Source: an uncultured Actinomycetes bacterium (GTDB lineage: Bacteria; Actinomycetota; Thermoleophilia; UBA2241). From it: DNA of 64,000 nucleotides. Positions 1 through 9,609 of the stretch are shown here, in pieces. Position 1 is the stretch's first letter. Each line of letters starts with the position of its first letter. The notes below the pieces were generated by a model. That model did not search any database, was not told the DNA's origin, and saw only the letters and a program-made list of their open reading frames with translations. A program made the position numbers and the translations under genes. The DNA lies in NCBI GenBank assembly GCA_963709345.1, contig CAVPVX010000007.1, positions 448,001 through 512,000 on the forward strand, given 5' to 3'.

Positions 1-53
1 GGCGGAAGACGCTTGAGGTGCCGATACCGCTGGGCGTAGATGGGTTCGGCCAT
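1..53 (-). CDS. 5' end of a CDS running off the left edge (MAEPIYAQRYRHLKRLP...); product unknown, weakly like the start of a Ser/Thr kinase domain
   Basis: AGGAGG RBS just upstream of an ATG at 53-51 on the minus strand; frame open to the window edge. Confidence 0.45.
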   Translation of the reverse strand, partial: MAEPIYAQRYRHLKRLP

Positions 54-327
54 GGGTCCTCCTGCGATCCGGGTGCCGTCGCCCCGATTCCTTCCCACTC
101 CCAGGGTCGCGAAACCGGCCTCGCCGCACATTCTGAGGGTGAACCGCCGGGCCGCACGGTCTAGAGTAGGCGCGGAGTCCCGCGCAGGACCACCATGATG
201 ACGGGCAGACGTGCAGCCAGGGCCCGGCATCCATGCGCGGCGACACCCCTCGAGTCAGCGCGATGACTCGTCGTGGAAGCGCACGACGCGGCGGAACAGA
301 GCAACCACGAAAGACGGGAACAACGAC

Positions 328-3012
328 ATGAGCACACGCAATCTCGACAAGCTCTTCGCGCCCACGAGTATCGCCGTCATCGGCGCCAGCAACAAGAAGG
401 GCTCCGTCGGCTACATCCTGTTGCGCAACCTGATCGGCGCCGAGTATGAGGGGATCGTCTACCCCGTCAACGTCGCGGCGCAGTCGGTCCAGGGCATCCA
501 GGCGTACGCGACCATCAGCCAGGTGCCGCGCAAGATCGACCTCGCCATCATCGCCGTGCCGGCCAAGGTCGTGCCGCAGACGATGCGCGAATGCGGCGAG
601 GCCGGTGTCTCCGGCGCAGTGATCGTGAGCTCCGGCTTCAAGGAGGTCGGCAAAGAGGGCAAGCACCTCGAGGACGAGGTCAAGTCCATCGCCGAGAGCT
701 ACGGGGTGCGCATCGTCGGCCCGAACTGCCTTGGCTACATCCGTCCGGCGGTGAACCTCAACGCCACCTTCGCACACGTCATCCCGCCGGCCGGACGCGT
801 CGCGTTCTTCAGCCAGAGCGGCGCGCTGGGCACGGCCATCCTCGACTGGGCGGCGGCGAACAACATCGGCTTCAGCGCCTTCGTCAGCGTCGGATCGATG
901 TGCGACGTCGATTTCGGCGACCTCATCGACTACTTCGGCGCGGACCCGCACACGAGCAGCATCATCCTGTACATCGAGGCGATCACCGACGCACGCAAGT
1001 TCATGAGTGCAGCGCGCCACTTCGCCAAGAGCAAGCCGATCATCGTCGTGAAGAGCGGCCGCACGGCGCGCAGTGCGCTTGCGGCTGCCAGCCACACCGG
1101 CGCGATTGCCGGCGATGACACGCTCTACAGCGCTGTCTTCCGCCGCGCCGGCGTAGTACGCGTCGACGAGATCGAAGACCTGTTCGACGCCAGCGAGGCG
1201 CTCAGTCGCGTCTCGAGTCCGCGCGGTCCGAACCTCGGCATCGTCACCAACGCCGGCGGCCCCGGCGTCATGGCCTGCGACCGGCTGCTCCACCTCGGCG
1301 GCGAACTCGCCGAGCTGAGCCCCGAGACCGACGAGAAGCTGCTTGCCACGCTGCCCGGCTTCGCCGCGCGCGGCAATCCCGTCGACGTCGGCGGGGACGC
1401 CGATGCACAACGCTACGCCGTGGCGGCACAGGCGCTCATCGACGACCCCAATTGCGACGGCGTACTCGCGATACTCACGCCCCAGGCGATGAGCGATCCC
1501 ACGGGCTCGGCCAAGGCGCTGATCGAGGTCTCGCGCAGCCACCAGCTCAAGCCGCTGCTCACATCGTTCATGGGCGAGATCAAGGTGGCCGAGGCCCAGC
1601 GCATGCTTCGCAACGCTCACGTTCCCACCTTCGACACGCCCGAAGACGCCGTGCGCGCGTACATGTACATGTACCAATACACACGGAACCTGGCGAACCT
1701 GTACGAGACACCCGACGACATCCTGCCGGACTTCGAACCCCACCGGGACGCGGTCAAGAAGATCTTCCTGGAGGTAGCGCGCGACGGGCGCAGCATCCTC
1801 AGCGAGCCCGAGGCCAAGATGGTGCTCGACGCCTATCGCATCCCAGCCGTGAAGACCGTGGTCGCGACGTCGGCGAAGGAGTGCGCCACGATGGCCGAGG
1901 AGATCGGCTTCCCCGTCGCCATCAAGATCCTGAGCCACAACATCACGCACAAGAGCGATGTGGGCGGCATCGCCCTCAACGTGCGCTCCGCCCCCGAGGC
2001 CGCCAATCAGTTCGTCAAGATCACCGAGCGCGTACACGAGGCCCAACCCGAAGCGACCATCATCGGCGTCACCGTACAGGCGATGAGCCGCGGCGGCTAC
2101 GAGGTCATCCTCGGCTCCAAGAAGGACCCCACCTTCGGCCCCGCCATGATGTTCGGCATGGGCGGGACCGGTGTCGAACTCTACCGCGACGTCGCCGTCG
2201 ACTTCCCGCCCGTCAACCAGGCACTCGCCAAATCGATGATCCAGAGCACCAAGGTCAGCCGACTGCTGGGCGGCTACCGCGGTAAGGCGCCCGTCGACAT
2301 GATCGCGCTCGAGCAGGCGCTCGTGAAGATGAGCTACCTGCTGGTCGACTTTCCCGAGATCCTCGAGATGGACATCAACCCGCTGCAGGTGCGGCCGGAC
2401 GGCATCTGCGCGCTGGACGCGCGCATCGTCATCGAGCCCAAAGACGTGCGCAAGATCCAGCTGCCGGGCGCCCATCTGATGATCTCCATGTACCCCAGCA
2501 AGTACCGCTGGGAGGTCCCGATGGACGGTGAGACCGTCGTCATGCGCGCCATCAGGCCGGAGGACGAACCGATGTGGAGCGACATGATCGAGTCGCTCTC
2601 GCCTGCGACCGCCGAGTACCGCTTCTTCGGGCCTATCAAAGAGGTCACGAAGTCGATGCTCGTGCGCTACTGTCACAACGACTACGACCGCGAGATCGCG
2701 CTGGTCGCCATCCGCGAACCCAAGGGCAGGAAGAAGCCCATGATGCTCGGCGTCGCCCGTCTGACGATCGAGACCTCCAACGTGGAGGAAGCGGAATTCG
2801 CGATCGTCATCCGCGACGCCTACCAGCGCAAGGGCATCGGCAGCAAGCTCATGGACGCGCTCATCCAGGCGGCCCGCGACCGCCACGTGCGCGAGATCAG
2901 AGGCCACGTGCTCACCGCAAACCCGGGGATGCGGCACTTCGCCGAAGACCTCGGGTTCGACATACGCCCGAGCGACGAGCCGAACGTGCGGGAGCTGGTG
3001 CTCAGACTCTAG
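328..3012 (+). CDS. Acetate--CoA ligase (ADP-forming) family protein fused to a C-terminal GNAT acetyltransferase (Pat/YfiQ-like)
   Basis: CoA-binding AVIGAS, GPNCLG, SQSG, ASHTGAIAG, ATP-grasp HKSDVGG and DINPL, and a C-terminal GNAT (YQRKGIGSKLM); start moved to MSTRNLDKLF. Confidence 0.92.
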   Translation: MSTRNLDKLFAPTSIAVIGASNKKGSVGYILLRNLIGAEYEGIVYPVNVAAQSVQGIQAYATISQVPRKIDLAIIAVPAKVVPQTMRECGEAGVSGAVIVSSGFKEVGKEGKHLEDEVKSIAESYGVRIVGPNCLGYIRPAVNLNATFAHVIPPAGRVAFFSQSGALGTAILDWAAANNIGFSAFVSVGSMCDVDFGDLIDYFGADPHTSSIILYIEAITDARKFMSAARHFAKSKPIIVVKSGRTARSALAAASHTGAIAGDDTLYSAVFRRAGVVRVDEIEDLFDASEALSRVSSPRGPNLGIVTNAGGPGVMACDRLLHLGGELAELSPETDEKLLATLPGFAARGNPVDVGGDADAQRYAVAAQALIDDPNCDGVLAILTPQAMSDPTGSAKALIEVSRSHQLKPLLTSFMGEIKVAEAQRMLRNAHVPTFDTPEDAVRAYMYMYQYTRNLANLYETPDDILPDFEPHRDAVKKIFLEVARDGRSILSEPEAKMVLDAYRIPAVKTVVATSAKECATMAEEIGFPVAIKILSHNITHKSDVGGIALNVRSAPEAANQFVKITERVHEAQPEATIIGVTVQAMSRGGYEVILGSKKDPTFGPAMMFGMGGTGVELYRDVAVDFPPVNQALAKSMIQSTKVSRLLGGYRGKAPVDMIALEQALVKMSYLLVDFPEILEMDINPLQVRPDGICALDARIVIEPKDVRKIQLPGAHLMISMYPSKYRWEVPMDGETVVMRAIRPEDEPMWSDMIESLSPATAEYRFFGPIKEVTKSMLVRYCHNDYDREIALVAIREPKGRKKPMMLGVARLTIETSNVEEAEFAIVIRDAYQRKGIGSKLMDALIQAARDRHVREIRGHVLTANPGMRHFAEDLGFDIRPSDEPNVRELVLRL

Positions 3013-5318
3013 TCGTCCCTGGTGGCCGGCAGGCGGAGGGTCGTCTCCGTCATCGTCCCGTCGCCGATGTGCCCGGGGAGCATGCCGGCCGGCCGGGCCG
3101 GGTAGAGCCCGGCGGCGCCGGATGGTAAGCCGTACGTGAAGTCGACGACGCGCAGCAGGACCGACGGGCCGGCGGCGAAGCGCAGCACCACGACGACGCC
3201 TTCCGGCGGAGGCGCATAGTAGTCGAACGACCAGCGCACCGTGGTGCCGTCGAGCAGCGTCGTGTCGCGGCCACCCAGGCGCTGCCCCTCGACGGCGGCG
3301 GTCAGATTGCCGACCACCGTGTGCACGAGCAGGCTGACGACCGCGGCGCCGCGGAACGAACGCAGCCGCAGGCGCACGGTGCGCCGGTCGCCGTCGGTCG
3401 TGTCCGAGAGTACGCGCAGTGAAGGCGAACGGAGTCCGAAGCGAGGCGCGGCGCCGATCAGCGTGTCCTGGGTGCCGAGTTGCGGGAAGTACGCTGCCAG
3501 GAACGGCGCCCGCAGCCGCTCGCGGAGAAAGCCGCGCGTGTAGTCGTCGAGCGGGTCGAGCGTCTGCCACACGGTCTCGCCGCCGGGTAGAGCCCGGTAG
3601 TAGACGCTGGTGAACTTCGGGTGTTCGCTGTCGAAAGCCACCGCCGACCCCACGGCGAAAAGGACGACGACGCCGGCCAGCGCAAGCGCCGCCGGCAGCC
3701 AGAGCCGGAAGGCGCGGACCACCGCCGCGAGCGGCAGCATCAGTAGCCCGGCCACCAGCCAGACGGCGATCACCGTGACCACCTGCTTGAGCCCCGCGGA
3801 AAGCAGGAGCAGGTGGGTCGCGGAACCGACGAGCAGCAACCCGGGCACCGCACCCGTCAGCGCGACCAGCACGGCGACATACGCCTGCGTTGCGCGCTCC
3901 CCGACCAGCGCGGCGCCGGTCAGGCCGAGCGCGCCGCCGGCAAGCGGCCAGACAAGGAGGTAGCTGGCGCCCGGGACGAGCACGCTCACCGCGACGGCGC
4001 CGGCCAGCCACCAGGCCAGCGCCACCGCTGCGAGATCCCAGACGCGCACCCGGCGTAGCAGTACCGCATACGCGGCGAGAACCGCCGCCGAGGCGAGCAG
4101 GACCAGACCCAGCCGATAGAGATCGCTGATCACCACGCCGGTATCGCTCCAGGCACGCTCCTCGTACGCCGTCCGGTACATCGCCCACACGACGCCCATC
4201 ACGCCGAGGGACGCCACCAGCGTGGCCCCGGTGCCGAGAGCCGACCAAGCGACGCCCGTGCGCGTGAGAAGGCGGCGGCGCACCGCGACCACGACCGAAG
4301 CGGCGTACAGCACGGCGGCAAGCGCCAGGAGCGGGAGCACCAGTCGGCGCGGATAGACCACTGCCAGTCCGTCGACGATGTCGAAGTACACAACGTCCTC
4401 ACGTCGCAGCCGCCAGAGGTCGAGGTCGCCGAGCCGGCGGCTGACCGCGAGCGCGGTCTCACCGGTATGCTGGAGTCCCGCCACGTCGAAATTGGCGAGG
4501 GAGTCATACGCGGTGTGATTGTGCGCCGGTCCGTCGAGCATCCCGAAGCTCATGCCGGGGATACCGCGCGCCACGAAGGGCCGAAAGTCACTGACGATCG
4601 GCTGCCGCCGTGACACTTCGTACATCAGCGACGACGTGTACGGCCTGGCCGCCGTGAGGTACTCACGTACCAACAACCCGTTGCCCGGGCTCGTCTCGTA
4701 CATGAGTGCCGGCGAGGACGACCCGGCGCTGTCGAAGTTGAGCACGACGCCCGCGGCGAATGCCCAGGAGTCGTCACGGAGAAAAGCCTGCGCGCCCAGG
4801 AGCCCGCGCTCTTCGCCATCGGTGAACAGCAAGATGATGTCGTTACGCGGCGGCGGACCCGAGCGGAGGGCGCGCGCCGTCTCGAGAAGTGCGGCCACGC
4901 CGCTGCCGTCGTCGGCCGCGCCCGGGGCGGTCGGCACGGAGTCGTAGTGCGCGATCAACAGGACCGCGCGCGAGGGATCACGCCCGGGCAGGCGCCCCGC
5001 CACGTTGTGCACGGTGCCGGCCACTCGCGGGTCGCGGGCGGAGACGACGGCCGCCGTCTGGATGTGGGGCCCCAGGCCGAGGCGCGACAGGCGGTCGTAG
5101 ATCGAGTCCCGCACCTCGGCCGCGTGGGCCGATCCCAGCGGGCGCGGCTCGGCGGCGATCTCCTCGAGCACCTCGAGGGCCCGCTCCGCCGAGAAGTCCG
5201 CGGCCGGCGCCGACGCCGGCTGAGGCCGTGGCGCGCCGAACGGCGTGACGGCGACCGCGACGACGCCGGCGACGGATCCCACGACGAGGACCGCGAGCAG
5301 GTACTTCCGCGCCTTCAT
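3009..5318 (-). CDS. Membrane-bound M28 family metallopeptidase
   Basis: AHYDS, GAADDGSG, FTDGEERGLLGA, SDF and HT motifs followed by multiple TM helices. Confidence 0.9.
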   Translation of the reverse strand: MKARKYLLAVLVVGSVAGVVAVAVTPFGAPRPQPASAPAADFSAERALEVLEEIAAEPRPLGSAHAAEVRDSIYDRLSRLGLGPHIQTAAVVSARDPRVAGTVHNVAGRLPGRDPSRAVLLIAHYDSVPTAPGAADDGSGVAALLETARALRSGPPPRNDIILLFTDGEERGLLGAQAFLRDDSWAFAAGVVLNFDSAGSSSPALMYETSPGNGLLVREYLTAARPYTSSLMYEVSRRQPIVSDFRPFVARGIPGMSFGMLDGPAHNHTAYDSLANFDVAGLQHTGETALAVSRRLGDLDLWRLRREDVVYFDIVDGLAVVYPRRLVLPLLALAAVLYAASVVVAVRRRLLTRTGVAWSALGTGATLVASLGVMGVVWAMYRTAYEERAWSDTGVVISDLYRLGLVLLASAAVLAAYAVLLRRVRVWDLAAVALAWWLAGAVAVSVLVPGASYLLVWPLAGGALGLTGAALVGERATQAYVAVLVALTGAVPGLLLVGSATHLLLLSAGLKQVVTVIAVWLVAGLLMLPLAAVVRAFRLWLPAALALAGVVVLFAVGSAVAFDSEHPKFTSVYYRALPGGETVWQTLDPLDDYTRGFLRERLRAPFLAAYFPQLGTQDTLIGAAPRFGLRSPSLRVLSDTTDGDRRTVRLRLRSFRGAAVVSLLVHTVVGNLTAAVEGQRLGGRDTTLLDGTTVRWSFDYYAPPPEGVVVVLRFAAGPSVLLRVVDFTYGLPSGAAGLYPARPAGMLPGHIGDGTMTETTLRLPATRDD

Positions 5319-5324
5319 GCTCTC

Positions 5325-5373
5325 AATGTAGCCGCGAGCGGGCGGTTTGCAACTGCGCCCGGCGGCTCACACT
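5325..5373. promoter_or_regulatory. Putative divergent leaderless promoters sharing a palindromic TTGCAA -35 element
   Basis: Minus strand: TTGCAA-16 nt-TACATT-6 nt-ATG(5318). Plus strand: TTGCAA(5347-5352)-15 nt-CACACT-6 nt-ATG(5380). No SD for either gene. Confidence 0.45.
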
Positions 5374-5379
5374 CCCATC

Positions 5380-6261
5380 ATGACTCGCCCGCCCCGCAGT
5401 CCGTGGCCAACCGCTCCGCTCGCGCCTCCGGGAGACACGGTCATGGTCAGTGGCATGCGTCTCCACTTCGTGCGCTCGGGCGACGGCCCGCCGGTGGTCT
5501 ACATCCACGGCGCCAAGAGCTCCGTGTACGACCTCGTGCTCTCGATCGGCGACCGACTGGCCGAACGGTACACGGCGGTCGCCATCGACCGTCCCGGGTC
5601 GGGATTCAGCGACCGCGCGCCGACCGGCGACGCCACGCCGCAGGCACAGGCCGCGATCCTCCGCGCCGCCGCCGCGGAACTCGGACTCGAGCGGCCGATC
5701 CTCCTGGGGCACTCCTTCGGCGCCGCGGTGGCGCTCGCCTGGGCACTCGACGCGCCGGGCGAGGTCGCCGCGGTCGTGACGCTGGGGGGCTACGTCATCC
5801 CTCTCGGGGGCCCACCGCCCTGGGTGGTGGCCATGATGCGCTCGCGCACGACGCTGCGAGCCGTGGGCCGCCTCGGGCGGTCGCGCCTCGGGCGCCCGCT
5901 CGTCGACGCGGCGCTGCGACGCGCCTTCTACCCCGGGCCCGTGCCCGAGCGTTACGCCCGCCTTGCCCCGGCGCTCGCCCTCGACGACTCCCGGCTGATC
6001 AGCGACGGCGCCGACCGCAAGGGTGCGGAGGCGGGACTGCGCGCCCTCCTTCCGCGCTACGCAACACTGGACGTGCCGGTCGTCGTCGTGGTCGGCGACC
6101 AGGACCGCATGGTGCCGCCCTCGAGCTCGCTTGCGCTGAACGACACGCTGCCACGCTCCGAACTGGTCCGGCTCCCCGGCGCCGGGCACATGCCGCAGTT
6201 CACCGCGCCGGACGCGGTGCTCGCCGCCGTGGACCGCGCCGCGGAACTCGGCGGCCGCTGA
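5380..6261 (+). CDS. Alpha/beta fold hydrolase
   Basis: IHG oxyanion motif, DRPGSG, nucleophile elbow GHSFG, GDQD acid and GH His near the C-terminus. Confidence 0.9.
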   Translation: MTRPPRSPWPTAPLAPPGDTVMVSGMRLHFVRSGDGPPVVYIHGAKSSVYDLVLSIGDRLAERYTAVAIDRPGSGFSDRAPTGDATPQAQAAILRAAAAELGLERPILLGHSFGAAVALAWALDAPGEVAAVVTLGGYVIPLGGPPPWVVAMMRSRTTLRAVGRLGRSRLGRPLVDAALRRAFYPGPVPERYARLAPALALDDSRLISDGADRKGAEAGLRALLPRYATLDVPVVVVVGDQDRMVPPSSSLALNDTLPRSELVRLPGAGHMPQFTAPDAVLAAVDRAAELGGR

Positions 6262-6329
6262 CGCGGCCACAGGCGGCGAAGAACCCTGCGGCCGGTCGCC
6301 GGGCGGCGGCCGGAGCTGCGCCGCCGCGT

Positions 6330-6358
6330 TTGCTTCTGGCGACCGCCCGGCGTAGCAT
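6330..6358 (+). promoter_or_regulatory. Sigma-A-type promoter of the SRP RNA
   Basis: TTGCTT-17 nt-TAGCAT ending 7 nt before the SRP RNA 5' end. Confidence 0.7.
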
Positions 6359-6365
6359 CCTAGCC

Positions 6366-6635
6366 GGTCGCGCTAGGCGGGGAGCCAGCGGTGCCCTGTA
6401 CCCGCAATCCGCTACAGCGGGGCTGAATCCCCGCCCGAGGGGCCGTTCCGCGAGGCTGTCAGCCGTGTCGCGGCGTTGAAGGTCGGGTCCTACGCAATGG
6501 AACCCTGCGAACCCCGTCAGGTCCGGGAGGAAGCAGCGGTAAGCAGGCCATTCCATGTGCCGCAGGGTCGCCTGACCGGAGCTTGCGCACGGCGAGGACG
6601 CTCGGAGAACGCGCTTCGACGGCGGGTGCGCGACC
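6366..6635 (+). ncRNA. ffs: Signal recognition particle RNA, large (Alu-domain-containing, Bacillus scRNA-like) type
   Basis: Helix 8 motif CAGGTCCGGGAGGAAGCAGC; 5' Alu-like GGCGGGGAG...GGTGCCCTGTACCCGCAATCCGCT; complementary ends GGTCGCGC/GCGCGACC; ~270 nt; directly upstream of dnaX as in Bacillus. Confidence 0.95.
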
Positions 6636-6675
6636 GCTACTTTCTCATCTCACACCGGGGTAGACTAGCCGTCCG

Positions 6676-8490
6676 ATGAAGCGCTCCCTCTACCGCGAGT
6701 ATCGCCCGCAGACCTTCGCCGAACTGGTCGGGCAGGACCACGTGGCGCGCACGCTGCGCAACGCGGTCGAGACCGACCAGGTCGCCCACGCCTACATCTT
6801 CGCGGGGCCGCGCGGCACCGGCAAGACGAGCACCGCGCGCATCCTCGCCAAGGCGCTGAACTGTGTGGGCGCGGATGGCTCCCAGGAGCGGCCCACGGCC
6901 ACCCCCTGCGGCGTCTGCCGCCACTGCGTGGCCATCGCCGACGGCGTCTCGCTCGACGTGGTCGAGATGGACGCCGCCTCTCACAACGGGGTCGAAGACG
7001 TGCGCGAGCTGCGCGACACGATCGCCTTCGCGCCCATAGACGGACGCTTCAAGGTCTATATCGTGGACGAGGTCCACATGATGTCGAACGCGGCATTCAA
7101 TGCGCTGCTGAAGACCCTCGAGGAGCCGCCGCAAAACGTGATCTTCGTGCTCGCCACCACCGAGCCGCACAAGATCCCGGAGACCATCATCTCGCGCTGT
7201 CAGATGTTCGACTTCCACCGGCCGCGGGTCACCGACATCGTGCGCCTGCTGGAGAGCATCGTGCAAGGCGAGAACGAGCGGCCGGAAGAGGAGCGTGGCG
7301 GCGCGCCCATCGCGATCCAGGACGAGGCGCTGCACATCATCGCGCGCCACTCCCAGGGAGGGTTCCGCGACGCCATCGGCACGCTCGACAAGCTGGTGAC
7401 CTACTCGGAGGGGACGATCGCCGCCGTGGACGTGCTCGAGGCGCTCGGCGTGACCAGCAGCGAGCTCCTCTTCGAGATCACCGACATCGTCACCGAGCGG
7501 CGCACCGCCGAGGCGCTCCAGTTCGTCCAGCGCCTCGCCAACGAGGGCGCCGACTACTCCCAGTTCATCCGCGACCTCCTGCGCCACCTGCGGCAGCTCT
7601 TCCTGCTCCAGCACATCGAAGAGGCGGCAGGCGACGCGTCGGCGCTGCGCACGCTGGGCCAGACCGTCGAACTGGACGGCGAGCTGCTCCGCGAGCACGA
7701 GCAGCGCGCCAACCAGGTGTCCCCGCGCGAAGTCGTGTTCTTCATCGAAGCACTCGGACAGGCCCAGCGCGAGATCCGCGACGGTCTCGATCCGCGGCTG
7801 CAGCTCGAGCTGGCGCTCGTCAAGGTCACGCGCCCCGAGCTCGATCACTCGGCCGCCGCCCTCGAGGAGCGCCTGCGGCGCCTCGAGGCCGGTGGCGTTC
7901 CCGCGCCGCCGCGGCCCACGCGCGACGCACCGGCGCGTCCGGCCGGCGCGGCCCCCGAAGAAGCCGCGACGACGCCCGACGACGCGCCGCGGGCGAAGAT
8001 CCCGGCGCCCGACGCGACTCCGCAGACGGCTCCTTCAGCGGCCGCGGCACAGAGCGCCGCGCCCTCGCCTGCTCCCGACGCTCCCGCGAGCGATGCGCCC
8101 CAGGAGCTCACTCTGGAGCGCGTGCGCCGTGCCTGGGAGCTCGTCTTGCAGCGCGTCCAGGCCGCGCGCGTCCCGCTCTACGGCTTTCTTCGCGACGCGC
8201 GCCCGGGCGCCCTCGACGGGGAGACGCTCACCGTCGTCTTCCCCTCGGACTTCGCGCTCCGCAACGCGTCCATGGGAGACAACGCCGCCGTGCTCGCCGA
8301 CGCCGTCCACGGCGTCCTCGGGAGCCGCGTGACGCCGCGCTTCGAGCTCGCCGCGGGCTCGACTGAGCCCTCCGCGCCTCCGGCGCCGGCCGCCGCGTCG
8401 CCCGCCCCGGCGGCCCTCCCCGACTTCACCGACCAGATCCGCGCCGCACAGACCAAGCTCGATGCCGAGCTGCTGCCCGACGACTCCTAA
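6676..8490 (+). CDS. dnaX: DNA polymerase III subunit gamma/tau
   Basis: LYREYRPQTF, Walker A GPRGTGKT, Zn-binding cysteines, DEVHMM, SRC motif, Pro/Ala-rich linker. Confidence 0.97.
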   Translation: MKRSLYREYRPQTFAELVGQDHVARTLRNAVETDQVAHAYIFAGPRGTGKTSTARILAKALNCVGADGSQERPTATPCGVCRHCVAIADGVSLDVVEMDAASHNGVEDVRELRDTIAFAPIDGRFKVYIVDEVHMMSNAAFNALLKTLEEPPQNVIFVLATTEPHKIPETIISRCQMFDFHRPRVTDIVRLLESIVQGENERPEEERGGAPIAIQDEALHIIARHSQGGFRDAIGTLDKLVTYSEGTIAAVDVLEALGVTSSELLFEITDIVTERRTAEALQFVQRLANEGADYSQFIRDLLRHLRQLFLLQHIEEAAGDASALRTLGQTVELDGELLREHEQRANQVSPREVVFFIEALGQAQREIRDGLDPRLQLELALVKVTRPELDHSAAALEERLRRLEAGGVPAPPRPTRDAPARPAGAAPEEAATTPDDAPRAKIPAPDATPQTAPSAAAAQSAAPSPAPDAPASDAPQELTLERVRRAWELVLQRVQAARVPLYGFLRDARPGALDGETLTVVFPSDFALRNASMGDNAAVLADAVHGVLGSRVTPRFELAAGSTEPSAPPAPAAASPAPAALPDFTDQIRAAQTKLDAELLPDDS

Positions 8491-8500
8491 GGAGAACGCC

Positions 8501-8827
8501 TTGGCGAACCCCCAGTACAACAAGATGATGAAGCAGGTCCAGGAGATGCAGCGCAAGATGGCGCAGGCTCAGGAAGAGCTCGCCGACGAGACCGTCGAGG
8601 CGAGCGCCGGCGGTGGCATCGTCACCGTCGTCATCACCGGCGCCCTCGAGGTCAAAGAAGTCCGCATCAAGCCCGAGGCCGTCGACCCCGAAGACGTCGA
8701 GATGCTGCAGGACCTCGTGGTCGCCGCGACAAACGAGGCGCTGCGCGCCGCGCAGGACGTCGCCAGCACCAAGCTCGGCGGCGCCACCGGCGGCATCGAC
8801 CTGCCGAACATCCCCGGTCTGTTCTGA
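8501..8827 (+). CDS. ybaB: YbaB/EbfC family nucleoid-associated protein
   Basis: MMKQVQEMQ...ASAGGGIV...DVEMLQDLVVAA; AGGAG RBS before TTG; dnaX-ybaB-recR synteny. Confidence 0.95.
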   Translation: MANPQYNKMMKQVQEMQRKMAQAQEELADETVEASAGGGIVTVVITGALEVKEVRIKPEAVDPEDVEMLQDLVVAATNEALRAAQDVASTKLGGATGGIDLPNIPGLF

Positions 8828-8885
8828 CACGCGCCGCCGCCGACGAGCCGTGAGAGCGCGTCCCAGCGGCGGGGGTCACATCTCG

Positions 8886-8915
8886 ATGGCAGTGGCCACG
8901 TGAAGCCGCTACAAT
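8886..8915 (+). promoter_or_regulatory. Putative internal promoter ahead of recR-por operon
   Basis: TACAAT at 8910-8915 with TGGCAG 17 nt upstream, in an unusually long ybaB-recR spacer. Confidence 0.45.
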
Positions 8916-9004
8916 TGGAAGTCGCGCCCGCGGGCTGCGTCACCGCCGGGTGCGCCTATTCATGGCACTGCATATCGACTCACGCTGCCGCGAGGAGAAC
9001 GAGA

Positions 9005-9607
9005 GTGTATTCACCGGCCGTCGAGCGTCTGATCACCGAGCTGGCCAAGCTCCCCGGCATCGGGCCCCGCACGGCGCAGCGCCTCGCCTTCCACATGCTG
9101 AGGCTGCGGCCTGACGAGATCCTTCCCCTGGCCGATGCGATCATGGAGGTCAAGGAGAAGATCGGCTTCTGCAGCCGCTGCTTCAACCTCGCCGAGGGAG
9201 ACCTCTGCGTCATCTGTGCCGATACCAGGCGCGACCCGCGGCTCCTCTGCGTGGTCGAGCAGCCGTTCGACATCGTGACCATCGAGCGCACGCGTGAGTT
9301 CCGCGGCTACTACCACGTGCTCGGTGGCGCGCTCAGCCCACTCGACGGCGTCGAGCCCGGCGACCTCCGCATCGCGGAGCTGGCCGAGCGCGTCGACGAC
9401 GACCTCGAAGAAGTCATCCTGGCGACCAACCCCACCATGACCGGTGAGGCGACCGCCATGTACATCGCCGACCTGCTGCCGAGCCGCGTGCGCGTGACCC
9501 GCCTCGCAAGCGGCCTGCCGGTCGGCGGCGACCTTGAATACGCGGACGAGCTCACGCTGGGCCGCGCCCTCTCCGGGCGGCGCAGCCTCAGGCGTGGAGA
9601 GGAGTGA
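9005..9607 (+). CDS. recR: Recombination mediator RecR
   Basis: LPGIGPRTAQRLAF HhH, C4 zinc finger, Toprim ATNPTMTGEATA; GAGGAG RBS before GTG. Confidence 0.97.
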   Translation: MYSPAVERLITELAKLPGIGPRTAQRLAFHMLRLRPDEILPLADAIMEVKEKIGFCSRCFNLAEGDLCVICADTRRDPRLLCVVEQPFDIVTIERTREFRGYYHVLGGALSPLDGVEPGDLRIAELAERVDDDLEEVILATNPTMTGEATAMYIADLLPSRVRVTRLASGLPVGGDLEYADELTLGRALSGRRSLRRGEE

Positions 9608-9609
9608 CC

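Noticed and set aside
6676-8490. Programmed frameshift producing the DnaX gamma form
   Set aside because: No A-rich slippery run seen in the linker region.
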